Assembly (NCBI GenBank): GCA_976226885.1
Contig: OZ320313.1
Location: 112,282,001-112,346,000, forward strand
Origin: Iphione sp. A-MEVVRFRX5
Taxonomy: Eukaryota
Direction: 5' to 3'
Length of the DNA stretch: 64,000 nucleotides
Part shown: piece by piece, positions 50,401 through 61,900 of the stretch
Numbering within the stretch: the first letter of the stretch is position 1
Layout: each line of letters starts with the position of its first letter
Position numbers and translations under genes: made by a program
The notes under the pieces: generated by a model
Told to the model about the DNA's origin: nothing
What the model saw: only the letters and a program-made list of their open reading frames with translations
Databases searched by the model: none

Positions 50401-53400
50401 ACATTCTAAATGAGAAAATATGTCCACGGGAATTCTGAAGACGAAATAAAATCTCAAAATAAAACATATAATTATGATGTGCGAACAGGGAGGCCTCCAC
50501 ACCAGAACCCCGTTGTTACAATGGCTATTCTTTATCTCTCAGGTGGAATGCCGCGGTTCTTCCCTCAATTCCAACGATATCTTTATAGTGGAAACAAAAC
50601 CGAAAACTTACGTCTGGGTCGGCAAGGTGAGCCTGTGAACTTACTACTGCGTGCTCCTTGTACAATTTCCTACTGAGCTTATATAGAAGAAAACTATTCA
50701 GTCAAACCCCATTATCCAGACCCTCTCTGCTTATTTGTAATTGGCTCTAGATAATGAAAAATCCGGATATGGCAAATATTAATGTGTACTTGAAAGCGGT
50801 GATTTTTATTCTGAAAACTGGTACGGATAATGCAAGATTATTCTTTGAATAAAGGGGGCAAACGTTAAAGACCAAACATATTAAGTAAACAAAGCTGAGG
50901 CAAACTGATCATGTAACTGAAGATTTGATTATAATTCTTCGTGATTAAGGTACTTTTATCCTTTTGACTTTTTCCCCGATAGGGTAGTCGCGAAACAGAG
51001 AAGGACATGGCTCGGTTTATGGTGCAATTTGTTGCACCTGGCCGGTGAGTGTTTACGAATTTCTCAACACAAAAAAGTAGCTTCAACATATCTGATGGTT
51101 ACGGCTTCGGGTGCAAAACCCATCTATACATAGATTAATAGACTACCTGTTTTTCAAGCTTAGATATACACACTCATGTATGGCATATATGCAATGCTGT
51201 TAGCTTACGTAGAGCTCAGAGAGATATTACGACTAACTGAAATCTACACAATCTTGCAAATAGCTCCAACTTATAGTTGATGAAAAATTCTCTATTCTAA
51301 AACACACTGTCAAAATATGCCTAATCTATCGGGATTGAAACTATCCGAAAGGGGAATGATATCTCCTTCAATCTAAGAATATTCGGAGACAACATCGTTT
51401 GACCTCGGTATTTTTATCATCTGAGGCAGAGTTTCTTCAAAATAAGTATCACAATAGTAGTCAAAGATCAAGAAGCAGATGAAGAAATAATACGTGTAGG
51501 CTTAACTACTAATGAATAACCTCAAAGAATGAAACAATGAAAATTTGATCTCTGAACGAATTTCCCCAAATTTCCAAACATCTTCATTTCGCGGTGTATT
51601 TACGGTGTTCCGCATAGAAAGAAGGGTTAGATACCACACATACTCTTTCAAATTCTGCAAACTGTTCGCAACAGTTTTGACTTTATTTCTATACGTGTAC
51701 TTGAGACTATCGGACGCCAATATGCTCGTAAACTTATTTTTCTATCTGATACATGTAACGCGTCTCTATTTGATACATTTAACATTTATCTATTTGATAC
51801 TTGTAAACTTTGGCAGTGGTGATCCAGTAGTTATCATGGAAGGAGAGGAAACGAATGCTTTCTGGGATGCCATTGGAGGAGAGGAGCCTTACTACACAGG
51901 AATCAGGAAGACGGCAAGTTGATCTGTTGCCTCTTCTACAATGATTTCAGATGCAGTTGTCTTTCTTGCCGAGTAGTAGCGTGAATAAAAGAGATACATG
52001 TACTTCCATTATTGGTCACCCTAGTTATATATTGTTTCTCATTTCTTTGTTTGACAGGCCCAACTGCGCACCCCCGTGCGTCTGTTCCATTGTTCGAACT
52101 CCTCTGGACGTTTTCTGGTAGAAGAGGTCGTCGACTTCACCCAGGAGGTGGGCACTTGAGTTGGGCTAAAACAGAAGAGAAAATTAAATCTGTTTTTTTC
52201 CATGGGCAATCAGTTAGAGCTTTTTAAATAGAAATCATTTTTATGCGATAAACTGCTGCCATAATGTAGTGTCATGACATATGTATCGTGTGCAATGCTT
52301 AAAAAATAAAGATCTGTCGATATACTTCAAGTATTTACTAATAAAAAGTAGAATTTTAATGACACCATTCTTAACAGGTTTACTTGACTGTAAGTAGTTA
52401 TTTTCAGGACCTAGACGAAGATGACGTAATGATGCTTGATACATGTGACGAGGTAAGTGGCTTAACTTGATCTCTATACGTGAAGTAAAATCTAAGGTGT
52501 ATAAGAAGAAATTTCGTAAAATAAATTTGTAAATATTTTGTCATTATTTTGTGGTGTGGGCTGTGTCCAATATCTAGGATTTTCGCCGGCTATAGCTCGC
52601 TGTCTCTCCCAATATAAACACGTCGTGTACGGAAAGAAGAAGGCAGTCAGCGGACAACTCACAACAGTATATTTTCGGCCACAGAGTAGCTCTATAATTT
52701 ATATGACAGACAATTTATGTTCACCTAAACTGTATAGTTTGAGAAATCCACCCAAAAATGTAGGAACGACAGAAAAGGACATCTAATAAAGACGTGAGGA
52801 AAATAATCTGTTTTTATGATTGTGTCTATAATTTCCAGATTTTCGTGTGGATCGGGAAAGGCGCGAACGAATTCGAGAAGAAAGAATCCATGAAGACCGC
52901 TTATGTGAGCTTCTTGACATTCTCATTTTTTCCACCAAGTATCAGCGCGCAAATAGATTAGATATCACGACCTTGCCATTGCATGTGTATCAATTCAATA
53001 TAGAAAAACATTTTTACGTCTAAGCTTTAGGTGTAACATGGCATATTTTCAAATGACGTCATGAGAGTTAGGATCCTTTTATCACCCTTACAGACCTACC
53101 TTACCTCTGATCCTACTGGTCGCACTCCCGACAACACTATCATCGCGGTCGTCAGGCAGGGCTTTGAACCGCTCCAGTTCACAGGTCATTTCCATCTGTG
53201 GGACACAGAAAAGTGGAACGTAAGTTCTTGATCTTGAATCCATTTATAAGACCTGTTCCTTGGTGAGTTTTAAATTGTAAACTGAAGGAAAACTACTCAA
53301 AAAAACCTCGGGGTACATCCTGAGCGTTGTTCAGAGTATGAACAGTTGAACGTGGAATAATTTTAATTCGTGCATTCATGTAATCTGTGTGATACAGGGC

Positions 53401-55091
53401 TCACTCTAGGAATGATTCGTTTTCATTTTCACCAGGCAATGTAATTTGATCGTATCCCATATCTTTTCCTTTTTCCAGAGCGGCAAGACTTTTGAGGAGA
53501 TTATCGCCGAAGTAGGCAAGGAGAATGCCGGCATCAGTCTGCTAGAAGAGGTGAGTACGATCTTCACAGCTGTTCATGTTACCTCCAAGGCATTTTATAT
53601 GTTACATGCAGCTGGTCAGAGTGTAGTGCAGGTGTAGGCCCTATGTTTAACAGCAGGTATACATTTTTACCAAACGTAACCCCTCACATACCTCAAGTAA
53701 CGTATACACCAGATCAACCTTGAGTAGGAAGACCCCATTTGGCTCATGGTCAAATCAATGGGGATTATAAATATTCATTTTTGCCGAGTTTTCATTGCTT
53801 GAGAATTTGGTAAAATTGTTAAAAGCAGCTGATTGGCCATAGCGTTATTTTTGCCTTAACGCTTGTTTTGGGGTCAAACGTCCCGATCTTCTCCAAATAC
53901 CTAATCCCCATAAAAAGAATATCTGTGTTTTCGGTAACCCGACCGAGATTATTATTTTATTCTTGTTTTGTGAATATCTAAGCAATAAATACATTTACAG
54001 ATTCATACAACACAGCTACTAGCGCTCATTTGGTATAAGTTCTATTAAAATCTAAATGACAGAAGTGAAAATATGAATTAACACTGACAAGGATAAAAAT
54101 AAAATAAAAAGACCACCCATCTACCTACCGGAAAGTTTTTCAGCTCGTTACCAGAAACACAGAACTATTCGGCCTACTTGAAGACCTGTAAACGCCCCTT
54201 AAGGAAAAACTGAAGTTTTCTCCAAAAGTACACTTAATTCTTGCCAAGTTATACGCTTCAGAGACCTTGTTTGTAACAAACGAATCAGTCATATTAGATT
54301 ATATATTAAAGCCTTTCGCATCACAGTAAACATATCTTCTAACCCAGGAAAGGTTAGAAAAACCAACGTGCCAATGGACCACTATGATAGAGTTAGTTCA
54401 CAATAACACGAAGTCCGCGGCAGCTTACTTGACCTTGTATCTCATTCATCTTTAATTCAGGAGGCTAAGAAATACACTGCAACACACTCACTGGAAGTTC
54501 TTCAACGCAAAACGCCCCCGGAAGGCGTGGACGTCACCAAAAAGGAGGTATTGTCCCTTTCAACAAATTAGTCGCTATGGCCACGCGGGCTCCTCTGAAT
54601 CGCTGTCTGCCCAGTCATACGACTGAAGTATTTTACTCTTACAAAATTTGTAGGTGTGAAAGCAAACATGTAAATTGACAGGCAGGGTTCGACTTTGACA
54701 CTCACTACTGACAAAACTTTTTTCTGTGTGGGTAACTTGACCCTGACCCAGTCATATTTATTTTCACCGTGATCTTAACTAGGCCATCCCTTGTTAACAA
54801 GGAAAGCTAGAATATAAAAAGATGGTTACTTTCCGTTCCCTGAGAATGTTTATGAGTACCACCTGAACATGTACATTTTCCCAGTAAATCGCCAGGTGGC
54901 ATCATTTATACCAGTAGGAAGGGCTGATTTCGTTCTATTCACGACGGTAGTAATTCTATTTTTCTCTTTCTTTCAAGTTGTATCTCAGCGACGAAGATTT
55001 TGAAGCCGTGTTCGGGATGACGAAGGAAACGTATTTGACATATCCGCAGTGGAAGCGAACGATGCTGAGGAAACAACATAATCTTTTCTAA
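39203..55091 (+). CDS. VIL1: Villin/advillin-like actin-binding protein (six gelsolin repeats plus villin headpiece), about 822 aa, 27 coding exons
   Basis: Exons: 39203-39280, 39584-39661, 39797-39862, 42043-42120, 42266-42318, 42453-42558, 42717-42827, 42999-43065, 43292-43418, 45239-45329, 46086-46184, 46399-46555, 46916-47016, 48083-48223, 49254-49340, 49857-49928, 50031-50144, 50543-50626, 50983-51044, 51817-51913, 52058-52147, 52408-52452, 52839-52904, 53094-53219, 53479-53550, 54461-54547, 54978-55091. They join into one open frame. Motifs: GIEIWRVE, FYNGDAYII, HFWLGK..SQDE, VQGHESKKFLSYF, LNTGDVFILD, DDGSGK, FFGGDCYVL, LNSNDIFI, RLFHCSNSSG, DLDEDDVMMLD, and headpiece PEGVDVTKKE-LYLSDEDFEAVFGM..WKRTMLRKQHNLF*. 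The symbol is family-level; orthology to VIL1 versus AVIL is unresolved. Confidence 0.93.
40150..40410 (+). mobile_element. Short degenerate LINE RT fragment in villin intron 3
   Basis: KLGV..NWLSNYLIEREQYVACNG..VTCAILQ, then HLYADDVAVV in another frame. Confidence 0.7.
40830..41730 (+). mobile_element. Degenerate LINE 3' portion (post-RT region and 3' UTR) in villin intron 3
   Basis: DIVKTMVLPISEYV resembles the post-RT stretch of the 58380-59897 LINE (TTLLPVTEYA). Downstream hairpin CACAGGAGCA..TGCTCCTGTG at about 41527-41561. Confidence 0.5.
44785..45080. repeat. Imperfect tandem duplication with a period of about 175 bp, in villin intron 9
   Basis: GCTAAACAATAATG..ATGTACA.CC.ATGTCTTAGAGTGTA..GGGGCTTTCAA.CACATTTCTG occurs twice. 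Confidence 0.7.
47038..47180. repeat. Tandem duplication of about 71 bp (2 copies)
   Basis: CAGCATGCTAAAAACACGAATCTTGAAACACTG.AGGTGTCAACTGCACA.ACTCGTC..CCCTGTATATT occurs twice. Confidence 0.85.
47365..47407. repeat. (TC)n microsatellite
   Basis: About 21 TC units. Confidence 0.95.
48264..48837. mobile_element. MITE family C copy 2, in villin intron 14
   Basis: TTA-GGCCTAATTTCCATGTACCCATGTTTCCATG at the left end and CATGGAGACATGAGTACATGGAAATTAAGCGC at the right. Longer than copy 1, probably because of an internal insertion. Confidence 0.65.
48947..49165. mobile_element. Harbinger-type MITE family B copy 3 (shorter)
   Basis: TTA-GGCCTAGTCAAAAA at the left end and GTTACTGGAAACAC..ATAGGTC-TTA at the right. 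TTA duplication on both flanks. Confidence 0.6.
53905..54174. mobile_element. Harbinger-type MITE family B copy 4 (degenerate left end)
   Basis: TGTGTTTTCGGTAAC near the left end and GTTACCAGAAACACAGAACTATTCGGCC at the right. Confidence 0.55.
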
Positions 55092-56249
55092 AAGCTATAC
55101 AAATTGATCAACATACCATGCAGTGTAGAGGGTAAAAACTATTTGGACGATAGAAGAATGTCCATGTAATCATGAATAGATGATACAAAAGTTAACTTTC
55201 TTCGATCTATTATCGATCCTTACCATATTGATAGTAATACGCTCATGTTGAGAAAAGATAAACGAACCAGTCAGGTCAAGTGCCTTCGGAGTTGCTACCG
55301 TCCATTGCAAAGTGACTCATCGCTACCTTATGTACGCTGTTCCACAATAGTCTCCCTTGGGGCTTAGATTACATGTGGATATGTCTTTTAATGTACTGTA
55401 AGAGGCGACAATTAAAAGTACACATAGTTTCGGAATGTACGTGTTGTTATCTCTGTGAGAATTGCTGACCGCAAGGGAGATTTAAGTTTGATACATATAC
55501 ATGTACATATAGTTCTATCTAGGGCTGTATAAACTATTTGACAGGGAAAGAGGAGCAGTTGAAACCTAGTTTACTTTTTGAGTCAGTGGGGGGGAAGACC
55601 AAGCAGCTAGTCTTCATTGAGCTTATTGTTGATACAACATTCATTTAATTATTTTCCCAAGCATTCAAAGGAATTTAAAAGAATGTTTTTGTCATCTGCT
55701 GCGCAAATACAATCGACGTGCTTTAAAACGGTATTAATTACACAGATGATGTTATTTCCTTTTATAAAAATCTACATTACCATGCTCTTACATGTCAGAA
55801 GATTATTGAAATTAATATCTTATTATGTAAAGTTGAAAGAAACCCGTTCCCGCTAGACAGCACTGTGCTTCATAACATTCATAACAAAATTCCCTTTGAT
55901 AAGGAGACATGAATAGGTGTCCATGCCATGCCTGTTCAATTAACTGAATGGGTCTAACTATTCTAAGTGAATTAGTTAATTTAGTATTGACTTATTGATT
56001 TCCTTAGGTTTAAGAAAACAATTTAAGCGTAACACAATCTTTCCTTCTCATTGTTACACCCAGTTCTTCATAGTCTGTTGGGCAGATGGTCACTATCACT
56101 GCTCACCACTGCCTTTATGCCTCTGATGTTGTGTTTTCCACTCCGCCACTGATTTCACTTAGACATCGTTTCTGATGAACCCCGCTCCTGCCTATGGCCA
56201 ACTGCCTGCATTCCTACCAATGTCAGGCTCCAACTGCTATATGCGCAGC

Positions 56250-58125
56250 ATATGCAGATAATCTTTAGAATGGTATTCACGTAGTAACCCTTGCTGCTCG
56301 TCTCCCGCGGTTACACTACAGGAGGAGAATGCTGTACATGTTATTGGCAGCTTGAGATTATCCAAAAAATGCAAAGAGGCCAGCTGCACCTTCTGTATGA
56401 GAAAGATAAGAGGAAGCAAAAACCACTAACCGAGGAGTGTGTTGGTCAGGTACTAATTTACCCGTTTTTCTCTTGATACATGGGAGTTGGATTTATTCTA
56501 AAAGAAGATTCATTCGTCATATTTATGTTTCCAATACCTGTATATATCATATGTAATATTATGATTTAAAAATATAATAATATTACTATTGTCATCCAGC
56601 AATGAAGTTCTCACTTTTATATCTCTCATCCTCTCATATTCTCATGCTTTTTAGCCTGTTTTTAAGTTACAAGTTTTTTGATGAAATTTCGGGACCAAAC
56701 TTATTCCAGGCGTTCCCTCCAAACGAGCACCACTTGTCAAAAGGTGAAAAGGTGATAGAATAATCGTTGAAATATTGGAGATTCGTGCCCTTTGATCAAT
56801 GGTCAATAACCGAGCAGTGCACATGGACCATGCTCTTGAATACGGTAACATTTACTTTCAAGTTAATTTTCGAGTTCAACGTTGAATAGGGGGGGCATGC
56901 TTTTCGTCCGGCATAATAAGACTGATTTCACCGCTCACAGAATTATCAGTGGAATGCATATCATCTACAGCACCAGTTAGTCATGACTTCCAACAGGCAC
57001 ATGACCTCCACTGAGCAGTCTGTACAGGCTCTCGGCTGTCTAATTCTGGTCTTACAAGCGAGTTGGCGGGTTTTAGATCAATGTGAGGATACCAGCAGGG
57101 GCTCATGTCTTGCTCCTGTAAATGACAATCTGTATAAAGTAAATTCAGAGAACAGCTACCACAAGGCCCACACTGTTGATAAAAGTATGGGATTGTCAGC
57201 CACTTAGAAGTCATTTTAAAAGAATTAATCGAAGACCATCACTGGGCTGTATCGGGAATCAACAAGGAGAGTCAGGAGTTGATGACATTTCTTCCGTTCA
57301 GGAGGTATTGCTCCCATTATCTTGCATTACAGCGGCACAATGCTTTATTTAAGGGAAGGATGCAGAAGCATAAAGACAGGCCAGCAAATGTCCTAGGTGT
57401 CCTAAAATGTGCCAGCCTGCAAACAAATAGGTAGCAATGCTCTTTCCGACAAGGTGAACTTAACTTTCTTGGCTATAAGTTCACTAAGGATGGAGTAATG
57501 CTGATCTTGAGACGGTTGAAGCCATCCACAATATGCCAGCACCATAGTTAGTCACCCAGCTGGGACAGATATTAGGTATGAAGCATTAGGTTGCACCTGC
57601 TTAACTTGGAGTGTGATCGCCAGGCCTAACCACAGATGTCAAAAGACCATTGGAACCTGTCAACACTGTCAGTCTACGAGGCCAAAGCAAAGAAAGGGGG
57701 CACTATTGCCATGTTCCTTGTCCAAAGGTCCACCTTAGCAGATCGCAATTGACTTATGCCAATTCAAAGGAAAGGACTTCCTTTACATCTGTAACTATTA
57801 TTATGGATGGATTCATAATCTATAGAGATACTCCAATCTCTGCCACTGGGTGCTGTCCATCACATCTGATGCTGGGTCATCATATCTAGACAACCCTGCC
57901 AGTCCTACCAGCTACACTGGAACCAAGATGACTGCTCAGGAATCAGTCCTGATTTAAGATCAAACCAGCAAGGAGGCATAAGATCACCATTGTCGTCATC
58001 ATCACGGTGTGCATCCCCAACCACCATTGCAAGATAGTGAACAGGTTTTCATCAAGAAAACAGGGTTCCCCAAGTTGATGAACAGGTTGTCATCAAGGAA
58101 ACAGGGTTCGCCAAGTTTGTTGATG
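56250..58125 (+). mobile_element. Decayed Ty3/Gypsy remnant (gag knuckle trace, RT C-terminal part, integrase tail)
   Basis: KESQELMTF, FRQGELNFLGYKFTKDG..ETVEAIHNMPAP..TQLGQILGM and PQPPLQDSEQVFIK. A possible Cys-rich knuckle (CKEASCTFC..NH) lies near 56370-56430. A 33-bp tandem duplication lies at about 58040-58125. Confidence 0.68.
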
Positions 58126-58379
58126 ACATCCCAAGATCCTTTCATGCAGAGGAAAACAGGAATGAGTTTAAGAAACAGAAGACATCTCCAGCTAGCTGTT
58201 TCCGGACTGAACACAGCACCTATCATATCATCCTTGTTTGTTATTATCTCCTCCATAAGTACTCTTGTTAAATATATCATTTTTGCATATGTCATTCAAC
58301 TCTGTCAAAAATACCCTGATAAGGGCGGCAGTACGGAAATAAATATCTTATCCCATAGGTCAGAATAGCAGCGGAGGCT

Positions 58380-59897
58380 GACTCACGAGTATAGAACAGG
58401 CTACTCACATACCTAAGGCAGATACCAATTAGTGAATAGGTGATGGCATAGTTATTATGCCGATGATGTTGTCGTATTGGTCGACGGTATGAGTGTGAGA
58501 GAGCTTGAGCGAAAAATCCGAGATGTCGGTCATAGGCTACGGAGATACATGCATGAATCAAAAATTCTTATAAACTTTAATAAAACCAAATGTCTGCTAT
58601 TTAGTTATTCTAGAGGCATGGTATCTGAAACACTTGGCCATACGGTGAAGCTGGGGGATTTCCAGATTGATGTGGTACAAGAAATAAAATATCTGGGAGT
58701 CATATTGGATTCAAAACTGACAATGTGCCGATCAAACAACTACATCATAAGGAAAGTTATGAGTAGAATCACCTATTTTAGGAAAATCAGGAGATACTTG
58801 GATAAAGGTACGGCAATATGACTAGCGAGGACAACATTGCTCCCAGTGACAGAGTACGCCAGTGTTATAAATACTAATGTCACATCTCGAGCCTTCATTA
58901 AGTTAATGAGAGTTCGACGAGCTATTGTTAATATTGCCTATGGTTCCAGTCGCTATACGCTAGACGAGATTTGAGATGAGTACATACACATAAGAAATAG
59001 GAGGCTCCTGGCAATAAGCTATGACTGGGCTGAGGGACTTGGGGTAAATAGAATAACTAGGGCAACCGGTAGACGGGGCATAATAGCCCCAAAACCCAAC
59101 CGTGAGTCATTTAAACATTCCATTGAGTATCTAAGCAGTATGCTCTGGAGAGAGTTACCAGCAAATATCACCCAACTTAGTAGGAAAGCCTATCTTTCCT
59201 ATGTATCAAAAATGGGTAGGGAGCATAGTCTCTCCTTTGACGTAGGTTAAATGGGGGTTGGAATAATCAGTCACTGAATCATTGAACCTGTGATTGAATA
59301 CTGTCCATTAGCTATCCCTGGTAATGAGTATCACTTAGAATGTCACCTTCTATAACCGTAGTTATCAGACATCAGATAACACTATAGTATCAAGGCATAT
59401 GGGGTATATCCGCTATGCTTATTTCATAACTGGTTGAAAGACGATGGTATTATTGATAGATATTTACACATGGGGCATAGCCGCTGTGTACACTATCCCA
59501 TAGATAAGGAATGTATAGATACTGGCTATTAGTAGACATATGCTGATTAGTATATGGGGTATATCCGCTGTGCACAACAACAATAAAATAACTGACTTAC
59601 AAAATGATGGATGGACTTGTCAAAATCAATTACACATGGGGCATAGCCGCTGTGTAAGTAGTCATTATTCAAGGAACTACTATTGATTATTAATGATGGG
59701 ATGCGTGCCTAATTTATTCTCTTTTTTCATCTATATAATAAACCGTGATATTTAACCTAATACTAACCCCACCCTGTTAAACCCTTTTTTTTACCATAGT
59801 ATCATTACCATCTGATATTGTAGATTGGTTACCTGGATTTACATACAATTATGTATACCCATTCCAGAGAAAATAAAGATTTAAAAAAAAAAAAAAA
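58380..59897 (+). mobile_element. 5'-truncated CR1/L2-like LINE with its 3' UTR and poly(A) tail
   Basis: YADDVVVLV (frameshifted), INFNKTKCLLF, IKYLGVILDSKLT and RKIRRYL. AATAAA at 59872-59877, followed by A15 at 59883-59897. Confidence 0.85.
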
Positions 59898-61300
59898 TTA
59901 TCACCACTGATATGTTCCTCATATAACGGACTAAAGACATTAAGACCATAACAAAGTAGCCTAGTTCTGTCACATACTACTAAAGCTACTTTTCTAGAGA
60001 CACTCTTATCTAATAATTATTAGAGAACAAAAAAGCAAGGAAAATTATATATACTAGTGCTGCCTCACTCTGGGTATTTCAGGATGTACAGAAATAAACA
60101 AAAGCTCAGACTTTGCATATATCCCTCTCTGCAACTGAAGTTAATTTTCCTATCATAACATTTAGTATGGAATGTACTGAGCTCTGATACTATAATAGAA
60201 TATTGATGTCATACATGTATGTTCTAACTACATCTTTATATCGATGGTGGATAAAGGTACGTGTTTCTAGCTGTGTTGAGTTTCTCTTCTTGTAACTGAT
60301 TTGAGATTTATGAAATATTTCGGTATATAATACTGATAGATACATAGAGGAGTCAGTAGGATTGGACATGGAAGCATGATGCTTATTGTACACTAGGGGT
60401 GACTATCTCCCTTCTAACAGGAATATTAGGCAATGTGGTGGAAGCCTGAGTAGTCATATGTAGACAAACAATTCAACCAGTTTTCCAAGACTTTGACAAA
60501 TTAATAGGTAACAGTCTATAATGATAAAAACATGGCCAGAGTGTCCAGTAGCTTACTATTTTAATGGCAGTATTGGAGTGATAGTGATACAATTGGAAAT
60601 TTTCAAATCTCTGGTTATTATGTACGCAACATGTAAATGGTGATGAGGACTATTTTCTTTTCCAGCTTTTTCTTTTGGTTTCGGTTGTTCTTGGCCAACC
60701 GAAGGTGCCATGTTCTCCGGAACTGGTTCTAACTTGAGTGCTTATCCTGACCTGAACTCATGGTCAAAAATAATGGTCAAGGATTCGACAGAGGTTCTAG
60801 GGTGGAGGATTGGTGCGTGATTGACTGTCTTGAGTGCTGAAACATAGTGGCCTATCCAGATCAATTTCTTTGGACTTGATAAGTTTCTTTGAGCGAAGTA
60901 GGCTCCTCATGAAGGCAACTATGCAGGTTGCTAGGGCTCTATTTGAGGAAAATCGGAAACAAGTCAGTTATATATTGTTTTCTAGTTTGTTTCCCTTTGG
61001 TTGTTTGTCCTGGATGGAGCATAGTCTTCCTGCCTAGACACGTTTCTAGCATTCTCAAAGTATGTAAACTATAGATTCAATAAAGATATAGCAAGCGTGT
61101 ATAGGGCGGTGCAACCGTGTCTGTGTTGTTTGCTATGGCATAAATAGTTGGGATGGAACCCAGTTGTCAGGGAGAGGAGAAGGGAAGCATGGGTTGTTTA
61201 GGTTACCCTTCCGTGCCATTGTGATGTCATTGAAAACAAACTTGGTTTTTGTTTTAGGTTGACAATTATTTGTCCTGATGTATACATCAAAACATATATT

Positions 61301-61335
61301 TACAGTTTCGACTAAGTTGTCTCATCAGGCACCAT
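61301..61335 (-). ncRNA. Hammerhead ribozyme catalytic core (minimal type I-like; stem I partner missing)
   Basis: Minus strand reads ATGGTGC CTGATGA GAC-AACTTA-GTC GAAA CTGTA. The CUGAUGA box, 3-bp stem II, GAAA box and a candidate GUA triplet are intact. It lies downstream of the PLE endonuclease frame on the same strand. Confidence 0.6.
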
Positions 61336-61900
61336 TAATTTTTAGCTTTTGTTTTGGCAGTTGCTCATGGTGTCAGCCATGGGGACTGGTCTTGACAGAA
61401 TGTGGATAATGGGCTACATAAAGTTCATGTGGGGCCTCAGATTAACAGGATGAGTTCCTGTTCCGTCTGTGAGGGGCATGGTGTCCCTGCGGGGGGTACA
61501 GGGCCCAATAAAATGTATAACAGAATGATTGGTGTCTAGCTGAGTACATGTTGCAACTACCTTCCACCCGTTTTTTTGGGGGGATACTCCCTGGAGTGCA
61601 TGTTAGTCCCACAGGGGCAGTCCATTGGAGGTAAAAAATCAATTTTTATATACGTGGCAAAGTCCAATGGTGTGACATTGAGGCCCATGGGTGCCACTGT
61701 GTTTAGGAGGTGGATCCAATTATGTTTGATTAGATCCCTTAGCCTCTTTGCATGTGAGCTCTCAGGTTTCATGTGTATGAAGTCAACTATTTGTATTTCA
61801 ATGTCAGTGATACCATTGTGTGATTCCCTGTTGAAATGCTCATTGATAATTCATGAGCTCGAGTTTGGTTCAATGTTGCCAAACTGGCCCCGAAAAAAGT
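61301..61900 (-). mobile_element. Penelope-like element 3' fragment (end of GIY-YIG domain plus 3' non-coding region)
   Basis: Minus strand reads INEHFNRESHNGITDIEIQIVDFIHMKPESSHAKRLRDLIKHNWIHLLNTVAPMGLNV, the typical PLE endonuclease C-terminus. Confidence 0.8.

Noticed and set aside
39203-55091. Gelsolin or severin as the gene identity
   Set aside because: A C-terminal headpiece follows the six repeats, which defines the villin/advillin type.
59395-59656. Short repeats with variable spacers as a possible mini-CRISPR
   Set aside because: Only four degenerate 24-nt repeats, the spacers are partly similar to each other, and they lie in a LINE 3' UTR with no cas genes. Kept as an RNA-structure finding instead.
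60700-61020. Minus-strand open stretch downstream of the hammerhead as more Penelope ORF
   Set aside because: The translation has no recognisable PLE motif, so it was left unassigned.
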